The position numbers and the translations under genes were made by a program. The notes under the pieces were generated by a model that saw nothing but the letters and a program-made list of their open reading frames with translations, had not been told where the DNA came from and searched no databases. This document shows positions 48,609 to 59,446 of a stretch of 64,000 nt of DNA, in pieces. Source of the DNA: an uncultured Anaerolineales bacterium (GTDB lineage: Bacteria; Chloroflexota; Anaerolineae; B4-G1; SLSP01); assembly GCA_964530185.1 (NCBI GenBank), contig CAZHBB010000003.1, positions 13,563-77,562 of the forward strand, written 5' to 3'. Positions within the stretch are counted from its first letter, which is position 1, and each line of letters opens with the position of its first letter.

Positions 48609-51341
48609 TTATGGGCTTTGTACTCTCAGCTCGAGCGGCAGATCCAACGCGTCACTTCCCGTCTCCCAGGGGATCCGGGCACCGCTGTCACCATGGTAGA
48701 GTCCTACCCTCAGGCGCACCGGCCCCTCAGACAAGGGTTGCAGCCATGTGAGTGGATGTACATCCTCGATGATCTCACCAGGGACCCAGCCTGTTGTAGG
48801 GCGGTGCCACAGAGCGGGCTCGGCATCGTGCTGCGCGACCAACGTGCCCGCTTCTGTCACCAGATGTACAAACACCTTCAAGCGCTGTGTCGCGGCTTGT
48901 GGTCCAGCCTCCCAGATCAGCGTCACCGTACACGGCGCCCCTGCCGTGAGAACCGGCTCAGGCGTGACCTCGTAGCCGCGTAACACCGCCACATCGTCCA
49001 TTCGCACGTTCAGGGCATGCGTCATGGGGGGCAGCTCAAACCGGTGCTCACCCTCCAGGATCCGAATCTGATCCAACTCCCAACTTCCACCTTCCATCTC
49101 CACCAGCAGTTGGGCCGGGCCCTCTTTTGCACTCGAGGGAACTGTCAATCGTACATGCTCCAACAGCGGCCTCCCAGGCGGTGTGCCGGAGGCAAGGGCA
49201 GGCAATGGCGTGGCAGTCAGGCGTTGCTCACCTTGCCACAGGGCCAATGTGGCCCCAGTGCATGGACAAGCCCCTTCCTCACGCCGCCACAACAACGTAA
49301 CGACCAGATCACCACCGGGCGCGAGCTCATACTCACTCAATCGGTGGCCCTCCAATTGAAGTCCCGGAAGCAGTTGACGTACTTCACCCTGCCAGGACTC
49401 TTCCGGAAGATACAGCGACGGCTCCTGCCATGGGGTCACCCGTGGTCTGACGGAACCCACGACGACAGCCGGTTGTGGCCCTGACTGAGAAACCAGATCG
49501 ACGGGGGTGATAGTCTGGTTGCCTTCGTACAACCCCGCCTCCAACCTGTGCACCAGCGGCGCGAGCCCCACTGGCAGCGGGACCAGGTGATAAGTGGAAA
49601 TGGGCTTTCCATCCCAGTGATCGGTCCCCCGCAATGTGACGTCCACCAACAGGTCATCCTCTGCAGCCACCAACACACCTTCAGAGTCGTATAGACGAAG
49701 AGCCACACTGAGGCGGGTGGGGGCTGGTTCACCATCCCAACACAGACGCATCGGTAGTGCAGCCCCGCTGATGGGGCGCTCCTGGAAAGCAACACCCACA
49801 AGGCATGGTCCTCCTCCCTCAGCACACCACGCAGGCAGCGGCCGGCAGGGCGGCATGGCTGCCATCCCTTCCATCAGGTACTCCTCCAGGAACACACCCT
49901 GGAACTGCTGTCGGGCAACCAGCCTGCCATGCCACGTCAGTGCGGCCCGGACGCTGCCATAAGCATCCAGCGCGCCACGCTCGTAGTCCAGCGCAAACAC
50001 CCGTCGTGCCCCCTGGTCCTCCAGGAGCACAGCTCCGGCATCATCCGCCCCAAACGCCTCAGGGACCATCATGGGGTGCACAAGCCCGATGTCATACTGC
50101 ACCAGAGACCAATCCGTGTGGGGGATCAGGACCACATCACCTGCTTCGCCCTCCTGGCGGAGGAAGGCCGCAACGGCCCGCACATCGGTGCGGGCATAGC
50201 GTGGATCGACTAGGTAAGCCCGTATGCCCAGCACAGAGCTCACCAGCACCGCAGCCAGCAATCCCATGCGCAGGCCGGGGTTCAGGCGAGACAGCGTTGT
50301 AAGCAGAGCGATCAGCATCCATCCACCAGGGATCAGGGCATACAGGTAGCGAGGGTGAGACTGAGGGCTCAACCACCAGATGCCCATAGAACCCAACAGA
50401 GGAATCAACCAGAGGTACACCCAGGGCTCCAGGCGAGATCTCGTGAGCCTATGCCGCACACCCTCCAACACGGCAACCCCCAACCACGCCCCCACCAGCG
50501 CCGTTGCCCGCATCAGCAGAGGGTCTGCCAGTGCCTGCGGCATCCCCATGATTTGGAAGGCCATGATCAAGCGCAACACATAGAACCACGGGGCCGGTTC
50601 ATCCAACACATTGCCCAGTCCAGCCTGAGACTGCAGAGCCATTGTCCCGACGCGCAGCACGAAGACCGCCCATGGGACCAACAGAACCCATGCTACCCCA
50701 CAAGCCGTCAACCACAGGCGCACCAGATTGCGTCCGACCTCCTGGGCAGTATCCTCCATACCTCCGAGAGGCCGCCATATTCCCAGCAGCCGCGCGGTGA
50801 CCGCCAGCAGAGCACCGCCAAGGGCGATCACGCCCCCGTAATGCGTCAGGAGCAGAGCAGCGATGGCAATACCCAGAAGCACACCCCGACCCCGCCAGTG
50901 GCGCATGTCGGCTCGCAGTGAGGGCCAGGCATGAGCCCACAACACCAGGGAGAATAGGGGTAAGAAAATATAGGCCCGTACCTCTTGACCATACACCACG
51001 ACCGGGGGTGCAAGGGCGATCAAGAGCCCTGCGACATGTCCCGCCCGAGCGCTGACCCGTCCCCGCAGGAAAGCTTGCACCACTGCGGGTAAAAGGGTGG
51101 CCGCGAGCACAGAGAGATAACGCCCGGTGAATGGCGTGCGGCCAGCGGCCATGGCCCACACCTTCAAGGCCACGAAATAGAGGGGGGGGTGAATATTGGA
51201 GGCGCGATCCAAAAGCAGGTCTCGCCAGGGTAGTCCAGCAAGGTGAAGGCTGATCCCCTCATCCCACCAGATAGATTGCATCCTCAACGTGAGCGTGAGG
51301 AGTACGAACAACAGCAAAGTAGGCAGGAGCCTTCGCGTCAC
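48609..51341 (-). CDS. GT-C-fold membrane glycosyltransferase (ArnT/PMT-like) with a large repeated C-terminal domain
   Basis: GTG start. A WWDEGISLH motif is in the first loop and the polytopic core spans about 450 aa. The C-terminal roughly 450 aa carry the same repeat-domain type as the paralogues at 13786 and 16068 (LHLVTEAGTLVAQHDAEPALWHRPTTGWVPGEIIEDVHPL). Confidence 0.6.
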   Translation of the reverse strand: MTRRLLPTLLLFVLLTLTLRMQSIWWDEGISLHLAGLPWRDLLLDRASNIHPPLYFVALKVWAMAAGRTPFTGRYLSVLAATLLPAVVQAFLRGRVSARAGHVAGLLIALAPPVVVYGQEVRAYIFLPLFSLVLWAHAWPSLRADMRHWRGRGVLLGIAIAALLLTHYGGVIALGGALLAVTARLLGIWRPLGGMEDTAQEVGRNLVRLWLTACGVAWVLLVPWAVFVLRVGTMALQSQAGLGNVLDEPAPWFYVLRLIMAFQIMGMPQALADPLLMRATALVGAWLGVAVLEGVRHRLTRSRLEPWVYLWLIPLLGSMGIWWLSPQSHPRYLYALIPGGWMLIALLTTLSRLNPGLRMGLLAAVLVSSVLGIRAYLVDPRYARTDVRAVAAFLRQEGEAGDVVLIPHTDWSLVQYDIGLVHPMMVPEAFGADDAGAVLLEDQGARRVFALDYERGALDAYGSVRAALTWHGRLVARQQFQGVFLEEYLMEGMAAMPPCRPLPAWCAEGGGPCLVGVAFQERPISGAALPMRLCWDGEPAPTRLSVALRLYDSEGVLVAAEDDLLVDVTLRGTDHWDGKPISTYHLVPLPVGLAPLVHRLEAGLYEGNQTITPVDLVSQSGPQPAVVVGSVRPRVTPWQEPSLYLPEESWQGEVRQLLPGLQLEGHRLSEYELAPGGDLVVTLLWRREEGACPCTGATLALWQGEQRLTATPLPALASGTPPGRPLLEHVRLTVPSSAKEGPAQLLVEMEGGSWELDQIRILEGEHRFELPPMTHALNVRMDDVAVLRGYEVTPEPVLTAGAPCTVTLIWEAGPQAATQRLKVFVHLVTEAGTLVAQHDAEPALWHRPTTGWVPGEIIEDVHPLTWLQPLSEGPVRLRVGLYHGDSGARIPWETGSDALDLPLELRVQSP

Positions 51342-51446
51342 CGAATCTTTCCTCGGTCACCTCATGGCATCTGATCAGAGAACCGGACGGCTGGCCAGCA
51401 GCTATGTCAGCCGCCCGCAGGACACCGCAGATCTATATTACGTCGA

Positions 51447-53219
51447 CTAACTCTCCAGGCGAGCCATTTCCTCTTCGATGACACTCTCATCCAGCTTCTT
51501 GAAGAGCGGGCGGGGCTTGGTGAGGATCCAGCCCGCGGGTAGCGTTTCAAAAGCCCAGCGGCCAGAGGCGGCCGAGGCATCATAACGCAGCACCTCGTGG
51601 CCACCATGAGTGTCGTCGACCGAGGCGATCGTTTGCTCTCCAAACAGTGGTGTCTCATAACCCAGGAGGCGATGCAACTTCTCAGATGAGAAAGGCAGGA
51701 ACGGCGCCAACAACGTCTTGAGGGCATTGATGACCTGCAGGGCCACGTAGAGAGTGGTTCCTGCTGACGCACGGTCAGTCTTAATCTCAGACCAGGGGGA
51801 CTTTACCTCGAGATAGCGGTTGGCCTCACGTGCCAGACCCATCGCCTCCGACAATGCAGCCCGGAACCGACGACCCGCCAGATGCCCGCCCACCAGGTCA
51901 AAAGCAGTCTGTGCTTTTGCCAGCATCGCCTCATCGACCTCACTGAGCGGCCCAGGGGTCGGTACCTCACGGAAGTGCCGATAGGTGAACGACAGGACAC
52001 GATGGGCCAGGTTGCCCCAAATACCTACCAATTCACCATTGTTGCGCTGAACGAAGTCGTCCCAGTAGAAGTCGCTGTCGCTCGTCTCAGGCATCACAAC
52101 CGTGATGTAATACCGGATTGCATCTGCATCGTACCGACTCAACACATCCGGCAGCGTGATCATATGCCCCCGGCTCTTCGAAAATTGCGTGCCCGACAGA
52201 TTCATGAACTCATTCGCCGGCACATCAGTGGGAAGGTTAAACCGCTTACCCGGATCTTCCTCATACAGCCGTTCAGCCCCGATGAGCTCGGCGGGCCAGA
52301 TCACAGTGTGGAAGACTGTGTTATCCTTGCCGATGAAGTAATAGGTCTCTGCCTGAGGGTCGTACCACCACTCTTTCCATGCCTCGGGGGTCCCTCTCAG
52401 TCTCATGGCCTCGATGCTCGCGGACAGATATCCGATCACCGCCTCGAACCACACGTAAAGGCGCTTTGTCTCATATCCCTCAATCGGCACGGGGATTCCC
52501 CAATCGATATCTCGGGTGATAGGACGTCCTCTGAGACCGCTCTTCACATAGTTGCGAGAGAAGTTGAGCACGCTGGGGCGCCAGTCCTCCTTGTCCTCCT
52601 CCAAATAGGCCAACACAGCCGGCTCGAGTTTGGGCAAATCCAGAAAGAAATGTTCTGTCTCACGGATCACCGGAATCGATCCATCGATCTTGCATCGTGG
52701 GTTACCCAGTTCGAGCGCATCCAGGATCTTCCCACAGTTATCACATTGGTCACCGCGGGCCTCCTCATAGCCACAGTAAGGGCACACACCCTCCACATAC
52801 CGATCCGGCAAGAAGCGCCCTAGAGTCTCCGAATAGAACTGGCGCTGTGTCTCGATGTAGAGATAGCCATTACGCAGCAACGCCAGGAACATGTCCTGTG
52901 CGACACGGTGGTGATTCGGGGTATCCGTGTGGGTGAACAGATCATAGGAAATGCCGATCTCCTGCTGGGTCTCCAGGAAACGACGATGAAAACGTTCGAA
53001 GACCTCCCGTGAAGTCACCCCCTCCTGCTCGGCACGCAGCGCCACGGGCGTGCCGTGTGAGTCCGAGCCCGACACCATCAGCACATCGTTGCCCGCCAGA
53101 CGATGATAGCGAGCGAAAATATCCGCCGGTAAATATGCCCCGGCCAGATGCCCAATGTGGAGATCCCCATTTGCATAGGGCCAGGCGACAGCAACCAGGA
53201 TCTTCCTTTGTCCGTTCAT
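51447..53219 (-). CDS. metG: Methionine--tRNA ligase
   Basis: HIGH motif ([15 protein letters not shown]), KMSKS region, and the zinc knuckle CPYCG...CDNCG. The start at MNGQRKIL is preceded by GAAGGAGGAG. Confidence 0.9.
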   Translation of the reverse strand: MNGQRKILVAVAWPYANGDLHIGHLAGAYLPADIFARYHRLAGNDVLMVSGSDSHGTPVALRAEQEGVTSREVFERFHRRFLETQQEIGISYDLFTHTDTPNHHRVAQDMFLALLRNGYLYIETQRQFYSETLGRFLPDRYVEGVCPYCGYEEARGDQCDNCGKILDALELGNPRCKIDGSIPVIRETEHFFLDLPKLEPAVLAYLEEDKEDWRPSVLNFSRNYVKSGLRGRPITRDIDWGIPVPIEGYETKRLYVWFEAVIGYLSASIEAMRLRGTPEAWKEWWYDPQAETYYFIGKDNTVFHTVIWPAELIGAERLYEEDPGKRFNLPTDVPANEFMNLSGTQFSKSRGHMITLPDVLSRYDADAIRYYITVVMPETSDSDFYWDDFVQRNNGELVGIWGNLAHRVLSFTYRHFREVPTPGPLSEVDEAMLAKAQTAFDLVGGHLAGRRFRAALSEAMGLAREANRYLEVKSPWSEIKTDRASAGTTLYVALQVINALKTLLAPFLPFSSEKLHRLLGYETPLFGEQTIASVDDTHGGHEVLRYDASAASGRWAFETLPAGWILTKPRPLFKKLDESVIEEEMARLES

Positions 53220-53291
53220 CCACTCTCCTCCTTCATCCATACATGCCTAGTATACCAGAGGTCGTTGAAACGCTAAGAAGACCTCACCCAA

Positions 53292-53320
53292 CAAAAAAGC
53301 CGCCAGCGAGGCTGGCGGCC
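53292..53320 (-). terminator. Intrinsic terminator downstream of sigA
   Basis: The hairpin GCCGCCAGC-GAG-GCTGGCGGC is followed on the minus strand by TTTTTTG, separating sigA from metG. Confidence 0.6.
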
Positions 53321-53420
53321 TTCCCATGTCCATGACCCTACAGGGCCTGAGATCCGCCACACCTCCGGAAGGCTGGCAGGCACATCATGCCCATGACTCC
53401 CATCCAGCACCCACTAAACA

Positions 53421-54605
53421 TCATCTGAGATAGTCCTTTAGATCCCGGCTTCGACTGGGATGACGCAGACGACGCAACGCCTGCCCCTCAATCTGGCGAA
53501 TGCGCTCCCGGGTAAGTCCGAACTTCTGCCCCACCTCTTCGAGTGTGTAAGTCCGCCCATTGTGCAGGCCAAATCGCATCCGCAGGATCCGCACCTCCCG
53601 TGGGTTGAGCGTTGAGAGTGCCTCCTCGATACGGTCTCGCAGCATCGCCTGATAGGCAGTGTCGGGTGGTGTCGGTGTCTGATCATCCTCGATGAAGTTG
53701 CTCAGCTCGCTGTCCTCATCCTCACCCACTGGCTTCTCAAGGCTCAGGGGGCGCCATGACACGCGCATCATCCACTGAACCTTCTTGGGTTCCATTCCCA
53801 TCTCCTCAGCCAATTCCTCGGGGGTCGGCCGTGTGCCACGTTCCTGTTCGATCTCCTGAGCCCGCCGGTAGAGCCGACGGATACGGTCGCTCATGTGGAC
53901 GGGAACCCGAATGGTGCGACCTTGATCCGCAATCGCGCGTGTGATCGTCTGCCGAATCCACCAAGTCGCATAGGTGCTAAAGCGATAGCCACGCTGGTAT
54001 TCGAACTTCTCCACAGCCTTCATCAGGCCCAGGTTGCCCTCCTGGATCAGGTCCAAGAAGGGCACGTTACGGCCGATGTATTTCTTGGCAATACTGACAA
54101 CCAACCTGGTGTTGGCGCGGATGAGATGGTCACGCGCCGCCAGACCCTCTGACACGATCTGCTCCAGACAGGCTCGCTCCTCAGCCGACCTCACGCCTTC
54201 CTGCAGCAGGCGTTGCGCTTCCCGCCCCTGCTCGATCTTCTTGGCCAGAGCCACCTCTTCCTCACTGGTGAGCAGGGGCACCCGAGCCATCTCTCGGAGA
54301 TACAGAGCCACCGTGTCGTCGACGCTGATGCCATCCAGACTGTAGATGTCCTCCTCTGTTACATCCTCCGCGGCCTCATCCTCATTCCACGGCTCCCCGA
54401 AGGCCGCTCCGTCTTCCGGACCTCGGAGCCCATCTCCACCTTCCTCCCCGCTGACCTCGATGTCGATGCCCGCCTTTCGTAGCTTCGCCATCACACTTTC
54501 AAGAGAAACTTCTCCGTCCAGGGACGCCAATGCCTCAATCACATCATCGGCAGATAGAAACCCTTGCGACTCCGCCTTCTCGAGCAGATCTGCAATAACG
54601 TCCAT
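53421..54605 (-). CDS. sigA: RNA polymerase sigma-70 family principal sigma factor
   Basis: An acidic region 1.1 is followed by regions 2-4, including the C-terminal [29 protein letters not shown] motif. Confidence 0.85.
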   Translation of the reverse strand: MDVIADLLEKAESQGFLSADDVIEALASLDGEVSLESVMAKLRKAGIDIEVSGEEGGDGLRGPEDGAAFGEPWNEDEAAEDVTEEDIYSLDGISVDDTVALYLREMARVPLLTSEEEVALAKKIEQGREAQRLLQEGVRSAEERACLEQIVSEGLAARDHLIRANTRLVVSIAKKYIGRNVPFLDLIQEGNLGLMKAVEKFEYQRGYRFSTYATWWIRQTITRAIADQGRTIRVPVHMSDRIRRLYRRAQEIEQERGTRPTPEELAEEMGMEPKKVQWMMRVSWRPLSLEKPVGEDEDSELSNFIEDDQTPTPPDTAYQAMLRDRIEEALSTLNPREVRILRMRFGLHNGRTYTLEEVGQKFGLTRERIRQIEGQALRRLRHPSRSRDLKDYLR

Positions 54606-54657
54606 AGGCCTCCTCGGATCAAACGACCACGAATCTGCACTTCAGCGAAGCTGAAGT

Positions 54658-55164
54658 CTACGGCGAGACACTGTCTTTTAGCTCTTTCAGGACACTCCAG
54701 CGTGGATCTATAGAAGGTTCTGTGTCACAATGACACTCTCCCAGGTTCCTATTCCCACCGCACACTGGACACAGCCCCTGGCAGTCAGGGGAACAGACAG
54801 GATTCAAGGGTAGATTGACCCAGGCGTATTGACGGATCAAGGGAGAAAGGTCAACCCAACCATCCTCATGCACTCGCACAGGTTGCTCTGAAGTCAACTC
54901 CGAACCTGGCAGGCTGATCACATCTTCAAGCTCAATTTGAATCGGTGAAAAGAAAGGGGTAAGGCATCGAATACACTCGGTTTTGACTGCCGAATCAAGA
55001 ATGCCCTGCACCAAAATACCGTTGTCGACACGCGTAAACTCAAGTGTACCCCGAAGGAAGGCTAACTCGATATCACTGACAACCACATGACCGAGGTCGA
55101 GTACAGTAGACGACCGTGTCCCTACCTTTGCATGGGTCAACGCGGAAAGGTTCACTTTGATCAT
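54658..55164 (-). CDS. yceD: YceD/DUF177 family protein
   Basis: Paired CxxC...CPVCG motifs and acidic regions typical of YceD. The start at MIKVNL is preceded by GAGGAGGT. Confidence 0.6.
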   Translation of the reverse strand: MIKVNLSALTHAKVGTRSSTVLDLGHVVVSDIELAFLRGTLEFTRVDNGILVQGILDSAVKTECIRCLTPFFSPIQIELEDVISLPGSELTSEQPVRVHEDGWVDLSPLIRQYAWVNLPLNPVCSPDCQGLCPVCGGNRNLGECHCDTEPSIDPRWSVLKELKDSVSP

Positions 55165-55418
55165 TGCACGGACGACCTCCTCGTCCTGCCAACATTGCAA
55201 TTATAACATACAAAAGGGCACGCGTCAAGCTTTTGCGAGACGTCGCTCTCGTTTTTTGCGGATCAACATCATGATGGTAACGCTACCAGATCAGAGCCTT
55301 CCCCATTACGTCCCTAACCCTCTCCGCTCAACATAGCCTCACAGAGGCATAAAGAAAACGGCACGAACCATGTGAACGCCATGTCCGTGCCGAGGTCGAT
55401 CGTGTACAGCCGACCAGC

Positions 55419-55667
55419 CTATGTCCCCCCCTGCATCTTCTCAGAGATGAACTTTACCGCTCCTTCTACTGTCGTGATGCTACGGGCATCATCGTCGGAT
55501 ATCTGGCTGCCAAACTCATCCTCAAACGCCATGATCAACTCGACAAGATCCAGGGAATCCGCCCCAAGATCCTCACGGAAACGCGCCTCAGGTGTAATCT
55601 GACCCTCCTCGACAGCCAAAGTATCAATGATAATGGCTTTCACCTTTTCGTAGACTTCCTGGTTCAT
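55419..55667 (-). CDS. acpP: Acyl carrier protein
   Basis: 82 aa with the [11 protein letters not shown] phosphopantetheine-attachment motif. A GAGGAGG RBS precedes the internal ATG; the ORF-track 5' extension of 32 codons is unlikely. Confidence 0.85.
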   Translation of the reverse strand: MNQEVYEKVKAIIIDTLAVEEGQITPEARFREDLGADSLDLVELIMAFEDEFGSQISDDDARSITTVEGAVKFISEKMQGGT

Positions 55668-56073
55668 CACGTCCTCCTCATGCACGAAGACCGCGGGCCG
55701 CGCCGCAGTATTTCCATGGTAACAAACTATTGCCATTCTATACGCCGCCTGATGAATTGTCAAGCGCTTGGCCTTACTAACAATTCACCTCCGGGATAAG
55801 GGGGGCGATGATAGAACACCTCAATGGGGTGGAAGACCGCCGGCCGAGGCTCCGCACGTGTGGCATAGACGCGGTGCTGGATGCGCTCGCGCTTTAAGGT
55901 GGCAGCGGGCCAGAGAAATGAAAGCCCTACACTGCCCGACGCAGTGTCATCAATGCGTTGAAAGGACTGCGAACAAGTACATTATCAGCAGACAGGGCTC
56001 CCAATACATCCTCGCCGAGGGAGGATACTTGCCCACCGGTCAACGGAGGTTATAGTCAAATACTAGGGAGATC

Positions 56074-57105
56074 ATGATGACACCAAAGACCACCAGCGTT
56101 CGTAAGGACGAGCACCTTCGCATTAACCTTGAGGAGGACGTTTCATTTGTCGACCTCTCGACTGGGCTGGAACGGTATCACCTGGTACACCAGGCACTAC
56201 CCGAGGTCAATCTTGAGGACGTCGACACGACTACGGTTTTCCTGGGACATCACCTTTCTATGCCGCTTCTCATCTCTTCCATGACTGGGGGCACAGAGGA
56301 AGCGGGACGCCTCAACCGGACTCTAGCAGAGGTCGCCCAAGAGGCTGGCATCGGCATGGGACTGGGCTCAACCCGCGCCATGATCGAGCATCCCGAGACA
56401 ACCAAGACGTTCAAGGTCAGATCTTTTGCCCCAGATATCCTCCTACTGGCCAATCTAGGGGCAGTTCAATTGCAGTATGGCTACGGCCTCGAGATCTGCC
56501 AACGCCTGGTGGCAGAGACCGAAGCGGATGGTCTCTACCTGCACCTCAATCCACTCCAGGAGGCCTTGCAGCCCGAGGGAAACACACGCTTCGCTGGCCT
56601 GCTGCGTAAAATTGAGATGTTGTGTAAGAGCCTGGAGGTACCGGTGATCGTCAAAGAGGTCGGCTGGGGTCTATCGGCTCACGTCGCGCGCCAACTGATC
56701 GATGCAGGTGTGGCCGCGCTCGATGTCGCGGGCGCAGGGGGCACATCATGGAGCCAGGTGGAATTCCACCGATTGCCGTCGGGCGACGATCGAGAGATCG
56801 CGGCCAGTTTCCGCAACTGGGGCATCCCCACCGCGCTTTCGATCCAGATGGTGCGCCAGGTAGATCGGGACATCCCGCTCGTCGCTAGTGGCGGCTTGCG
56901 TACAGGACTGGACATCGCCAAGTGCCTGGCGCTGGGTGCCGACTTAGCGGCGATGGCAGGCGTTCTCCTGCGCGCGGCCGCGGAATCGAAGGAGACACTC
57001 TCCAGACGGCTCCAGATCATACGCCGTCAGCTCAGGATCGTGATGTTCGTGACCGGAAGCCGGGACATCCCCGCGCTCCAACAGGCCCAGGTGATTAAGG
57101 ACTGA
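56074..57105 (+). CDS. fni: Type 2 isopentenyl-diphosphate delta-isomerase (FMN-dependent)
   Basis: A TIM-barrel FMN-oxidoreductase-like fold with the N-terminal RKDEHL motif characteristic of IDI-2. Confidence 0.8.
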   Translation: MMTPKTTSVRKDEHLRINLEEDVSFVDLSTGLERYHLVHQALPEVNLEDVDTTTVFLGHHLSMPLLISSMTGGTEEAGRLNRTLAEVAQEAGIGMGLGSTRAMIEHPETTKTFKVRSFAPDILLLANLGAVQLQYGYGLEICQRLVAETEADGLYLHLNPLQEALQPEGNTRFAGLLRKIEMLCKSLEVPVIVKEVGWGLSAHVARQLIDAGVAALDVAGAGGTSWSQVEFHRLPSGDDREIAASFRNWGIPTALSIQMVRQVDRDIPLVASGGLRTGLDIAKCLALGADLAAMAGVLLRAAAESKETLSRRLQIIRRQLRIVMFVTGSRDIPALQQAQVIKD

Positions 57106-57118
57106 GCGGAGACTACCC

Positions 57119-58129
57119 ATGGATCCCTTCGAACGCTATCTGCCGACCTTGGAACACGAAATGAAACAACTGGTGACAGCCACTGAGGATGGCCCCCAGA
57201 TGCTCTACGGAATGGTTCGCTACCACCTGGGATGGGTCGACGAGAGCTTCCAACCAGTCAAGGTCGAGCGTGGAAAACGTCTGCGGCCGATCATCTGCCT
57301 GCTGGCAACCGAGGCTCAAGGCGGTGACTGGCACCTGGCACTTCCTGCCGCTACGGCCATTGAACTGCTGCACAATTTCACCTTGATCCACGACGACATT
57401 GAGGATAACGACCGGACACGCCGTGGACGGCCCACGCTATGGGCCGTCTGGGGTGTGCCACAGGCCGTCAACGCCGGGGATACTCTGTTTGCCCTTTCAT
57501 ACAGAGGAATGCTGGCGCTCGCGCAGGTTGGCTTGGCAGCCGATCTCATGCTCCAGGCAATCGCAAAGTACACAGAGACAGTGATCCAGATTACCGAGGG
57601 TCAGTGCCGAGATCTGGCATTTGAGACGCAGCCAGATATCACCGAGGCGAGCTACTTGGAGATGATCACCGATAAAACCGCCGCGCTCATCGCCCTGGCG
57701 GCTGAGATGGGAGGCATGATCGCTGGTGCCCCCCAGGAGAACTGCGAGGCCTTGCATAAATATGGCATTGCCCTGGGGCGGGCATTCCAGATGCAGGACG
57801 ACCTCCTGGGTCTCTGGGGGGACCCGGCCAAAACGGGCAAGCCCGTTGGCTCTGACCTGATCAAACGCAAAAAAACTCTGCCCATCCTTCATGCACTGCG
57901 CAGCAGTCCGGTCTTGAGACAGGCTTTCGAACGCGAGACGATCGACGTGGCGACGGTGCCGGCCTTGCTGTCGGAGATAGAACGGGTGGGAAGCCGCGCT
58001 TACACAGAGACCCTGGCTGACAGATACCTGAACGAGGCCCTGGATGCGTTAAGCGCTTCCGGGGGCCAGGGCTGGCCTCAAGAGACACTCCGCGAGCTTA
58101 CGCTGCGACTCGCGAAACGGTGGAAATAG
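57119..58129 (+). CDS. Polyprenyl diphosphate synthase (trans-isoprenyl diphosphate synthase family)
   Basis: Two Asp-rich motifs are present: the first (LIHDDIEDNDRTRRGRP) and the second (FQMQDDLLGLWGD). Confidence 0.8.
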   Translation: MDPFERYLPTLEHEMKQLVTATEDGPQMLYGMVRYHLGWVDESFQPVKVERGKRLRPIICLLATEAQGGDWHLALPAATAIELLHNFTLIHDDIEDNDRTRRGRPTLWAVWGVPQAVNAGDTLFALSYRGMLALAQVGLAADLMLQAIAKYTETVIQITEGQCRDLAFETQPDITEASYLEMITDKTAALIALAAEMGGMIAGAPQENCEALHKYGIALGRAFQMQDDLLGLWGDPAKTGKPVGSDLIKRKKTLPILHALRSSPVLRQAFERETIDVATVPALLSEIERVGSRAYTETLADRYLNEALDALSASGGQGWPQETLRELTLRLAKRWK

Positions 58130-58136
58130 ATCGGGC

Positions 58137-59108
58137 TTAGTCCATAACGTCCGAGAGCTCTAGCAGGCCCAGGTCCAGCGGCCTCAACTGCGCCACGGCA
58201 TCGGCCAGGGGAAAGGGCTCCAGTTGATTGCCCCGCAAGGCCACCATAGCCCCGCTTTCCCCACTTAGCAGACGTTGGGCCGCCATGGCCCCCATGCGCG
58301 TCGCCAGAAGCCTGTCGAAGACTGAGGGACGCCCACCTCGCTGCACATGCCCCAACACGGTCACCCGCACATCGAAGCCCAGATCTTCTCGGTGAGCTTT
58401 CAGGTAGTCGGCAACCGCTCGAGTGCCCGGTTTCCACCCCTCCGCGATGACGATCAAACAGTGATGTTTACCCCGCACGTAGGCATCCACAACGACTTCG
58501 GCGATCTTGTCCATAGGAGGTCCCTCAGCCTCCGGCACAAGGATCAACTCCGCTCCCCCCGCTAGGCCACTCGCCAACGCCAAGTAACCGCAGTTGCGGC
58601 CCATGACCTCGATAAGGAAAGCACGTTGGTGGGAGGTAGCTGTATCCTTGATACGATCGATGGCCTCCAGGATGGTGTTGAGCGCTGTGTCCACGCCTAC
58701 AGACATATCGGTGCCAAAAACGTCATTGTCAATAGAGGCTGGCACGCCGTAGACTGGATAACCCATATCATGCAGAGCCAACGCCCCCGTCAATGACCCG
58801 TTACCACCGATAACCACCAGCCCCTCAATACCGTGCTGATTCAGGTTGCGAATCGCCGTCCGACGCACCTTGATATCCCGGAACTCAGGACAGCGTGCCG
58901 TGCCCAAGATGGTGCCGCCACGGTTCATAATCCCACCGACATCACGGCTGCTGAGCTGCCTAATGTCACCATTGATGAGCCCACGATAACCCCAGGAGAC
59001 ACCATAGACGTCAGCCCCTAACTTGAGCGCCTGTCGGGTCACGGCGCGGATACAGGCATTCAAACCCGGGCCATCCCCCCCGCTCGTCAACATTGCAATT
59101 GCTCTCAT
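58137..59108 (-). CDS. pfkA: ATP-dependent 6-phosphofructokinase
   Basis: The N-terminus MRAIAMLTSGGDGPGLNACIRAV and the PFK-family fold are present. A GGAGGA RBS precedes this ATG; the ORF-track N-terminal extension of 131 codons has no support. Confidence 0.85.
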   Translation of the reverse strand: MRAIAMLTSGGDGPGLNACIRAVTRQALKLGADVYGVSWGYRGLINGDIRQLSSRDVGGIMNRGGTILGTARCPEFRDIKVRRTAIRNLNQHGIEGLVVIGGNGSLTGALALHDMGYPVYGVPASIDNDVFGTDMSVGVDTALNTILEAIDRIKDTATSHQRAFLIEVMGRNCGYLALASGLAGGAELILVPEAEGPPMDKIAEVVVDAYVRGKHHCLIVIAEGWKPGTRAVADYLKAHREDLGFDVRVTVLGHVQRGGRPSVFDRLLATRMGAMAAQRLLSGESGAMVALRGNQLEPFPLADAVAQLRPLDLGLLELSDVMD

Positions 59109-59446
59109 CTCAGCAGGTCCTCCACGGGCCTCAAATCGGACTCCGGCTGCGCATACCAGCCAGGTCCTCCCTAATGACGACATCCATTGTAGCCTGCCCA
59201 CAAGGCGTGGCAAGTGGAAGCGCTCCCGTAACAGCTCCCCATCAGGGAGTGATTGGGAGATGGACCGGGGGAATGACGGTTTCGCAAGACTAGCCGCGGG
59301 AGGCCCATTGCTCTGGGGGGATGAGGAACACTTATGTGACCCCCCTCCACTACGATGATCATATTGCGGCAGACATTGACAGATGCCCACGGATGTTATA
59401 ATCAATCGGCACACAACGGTAATCTCCGTTCTCCAAGGAGTGCAGA

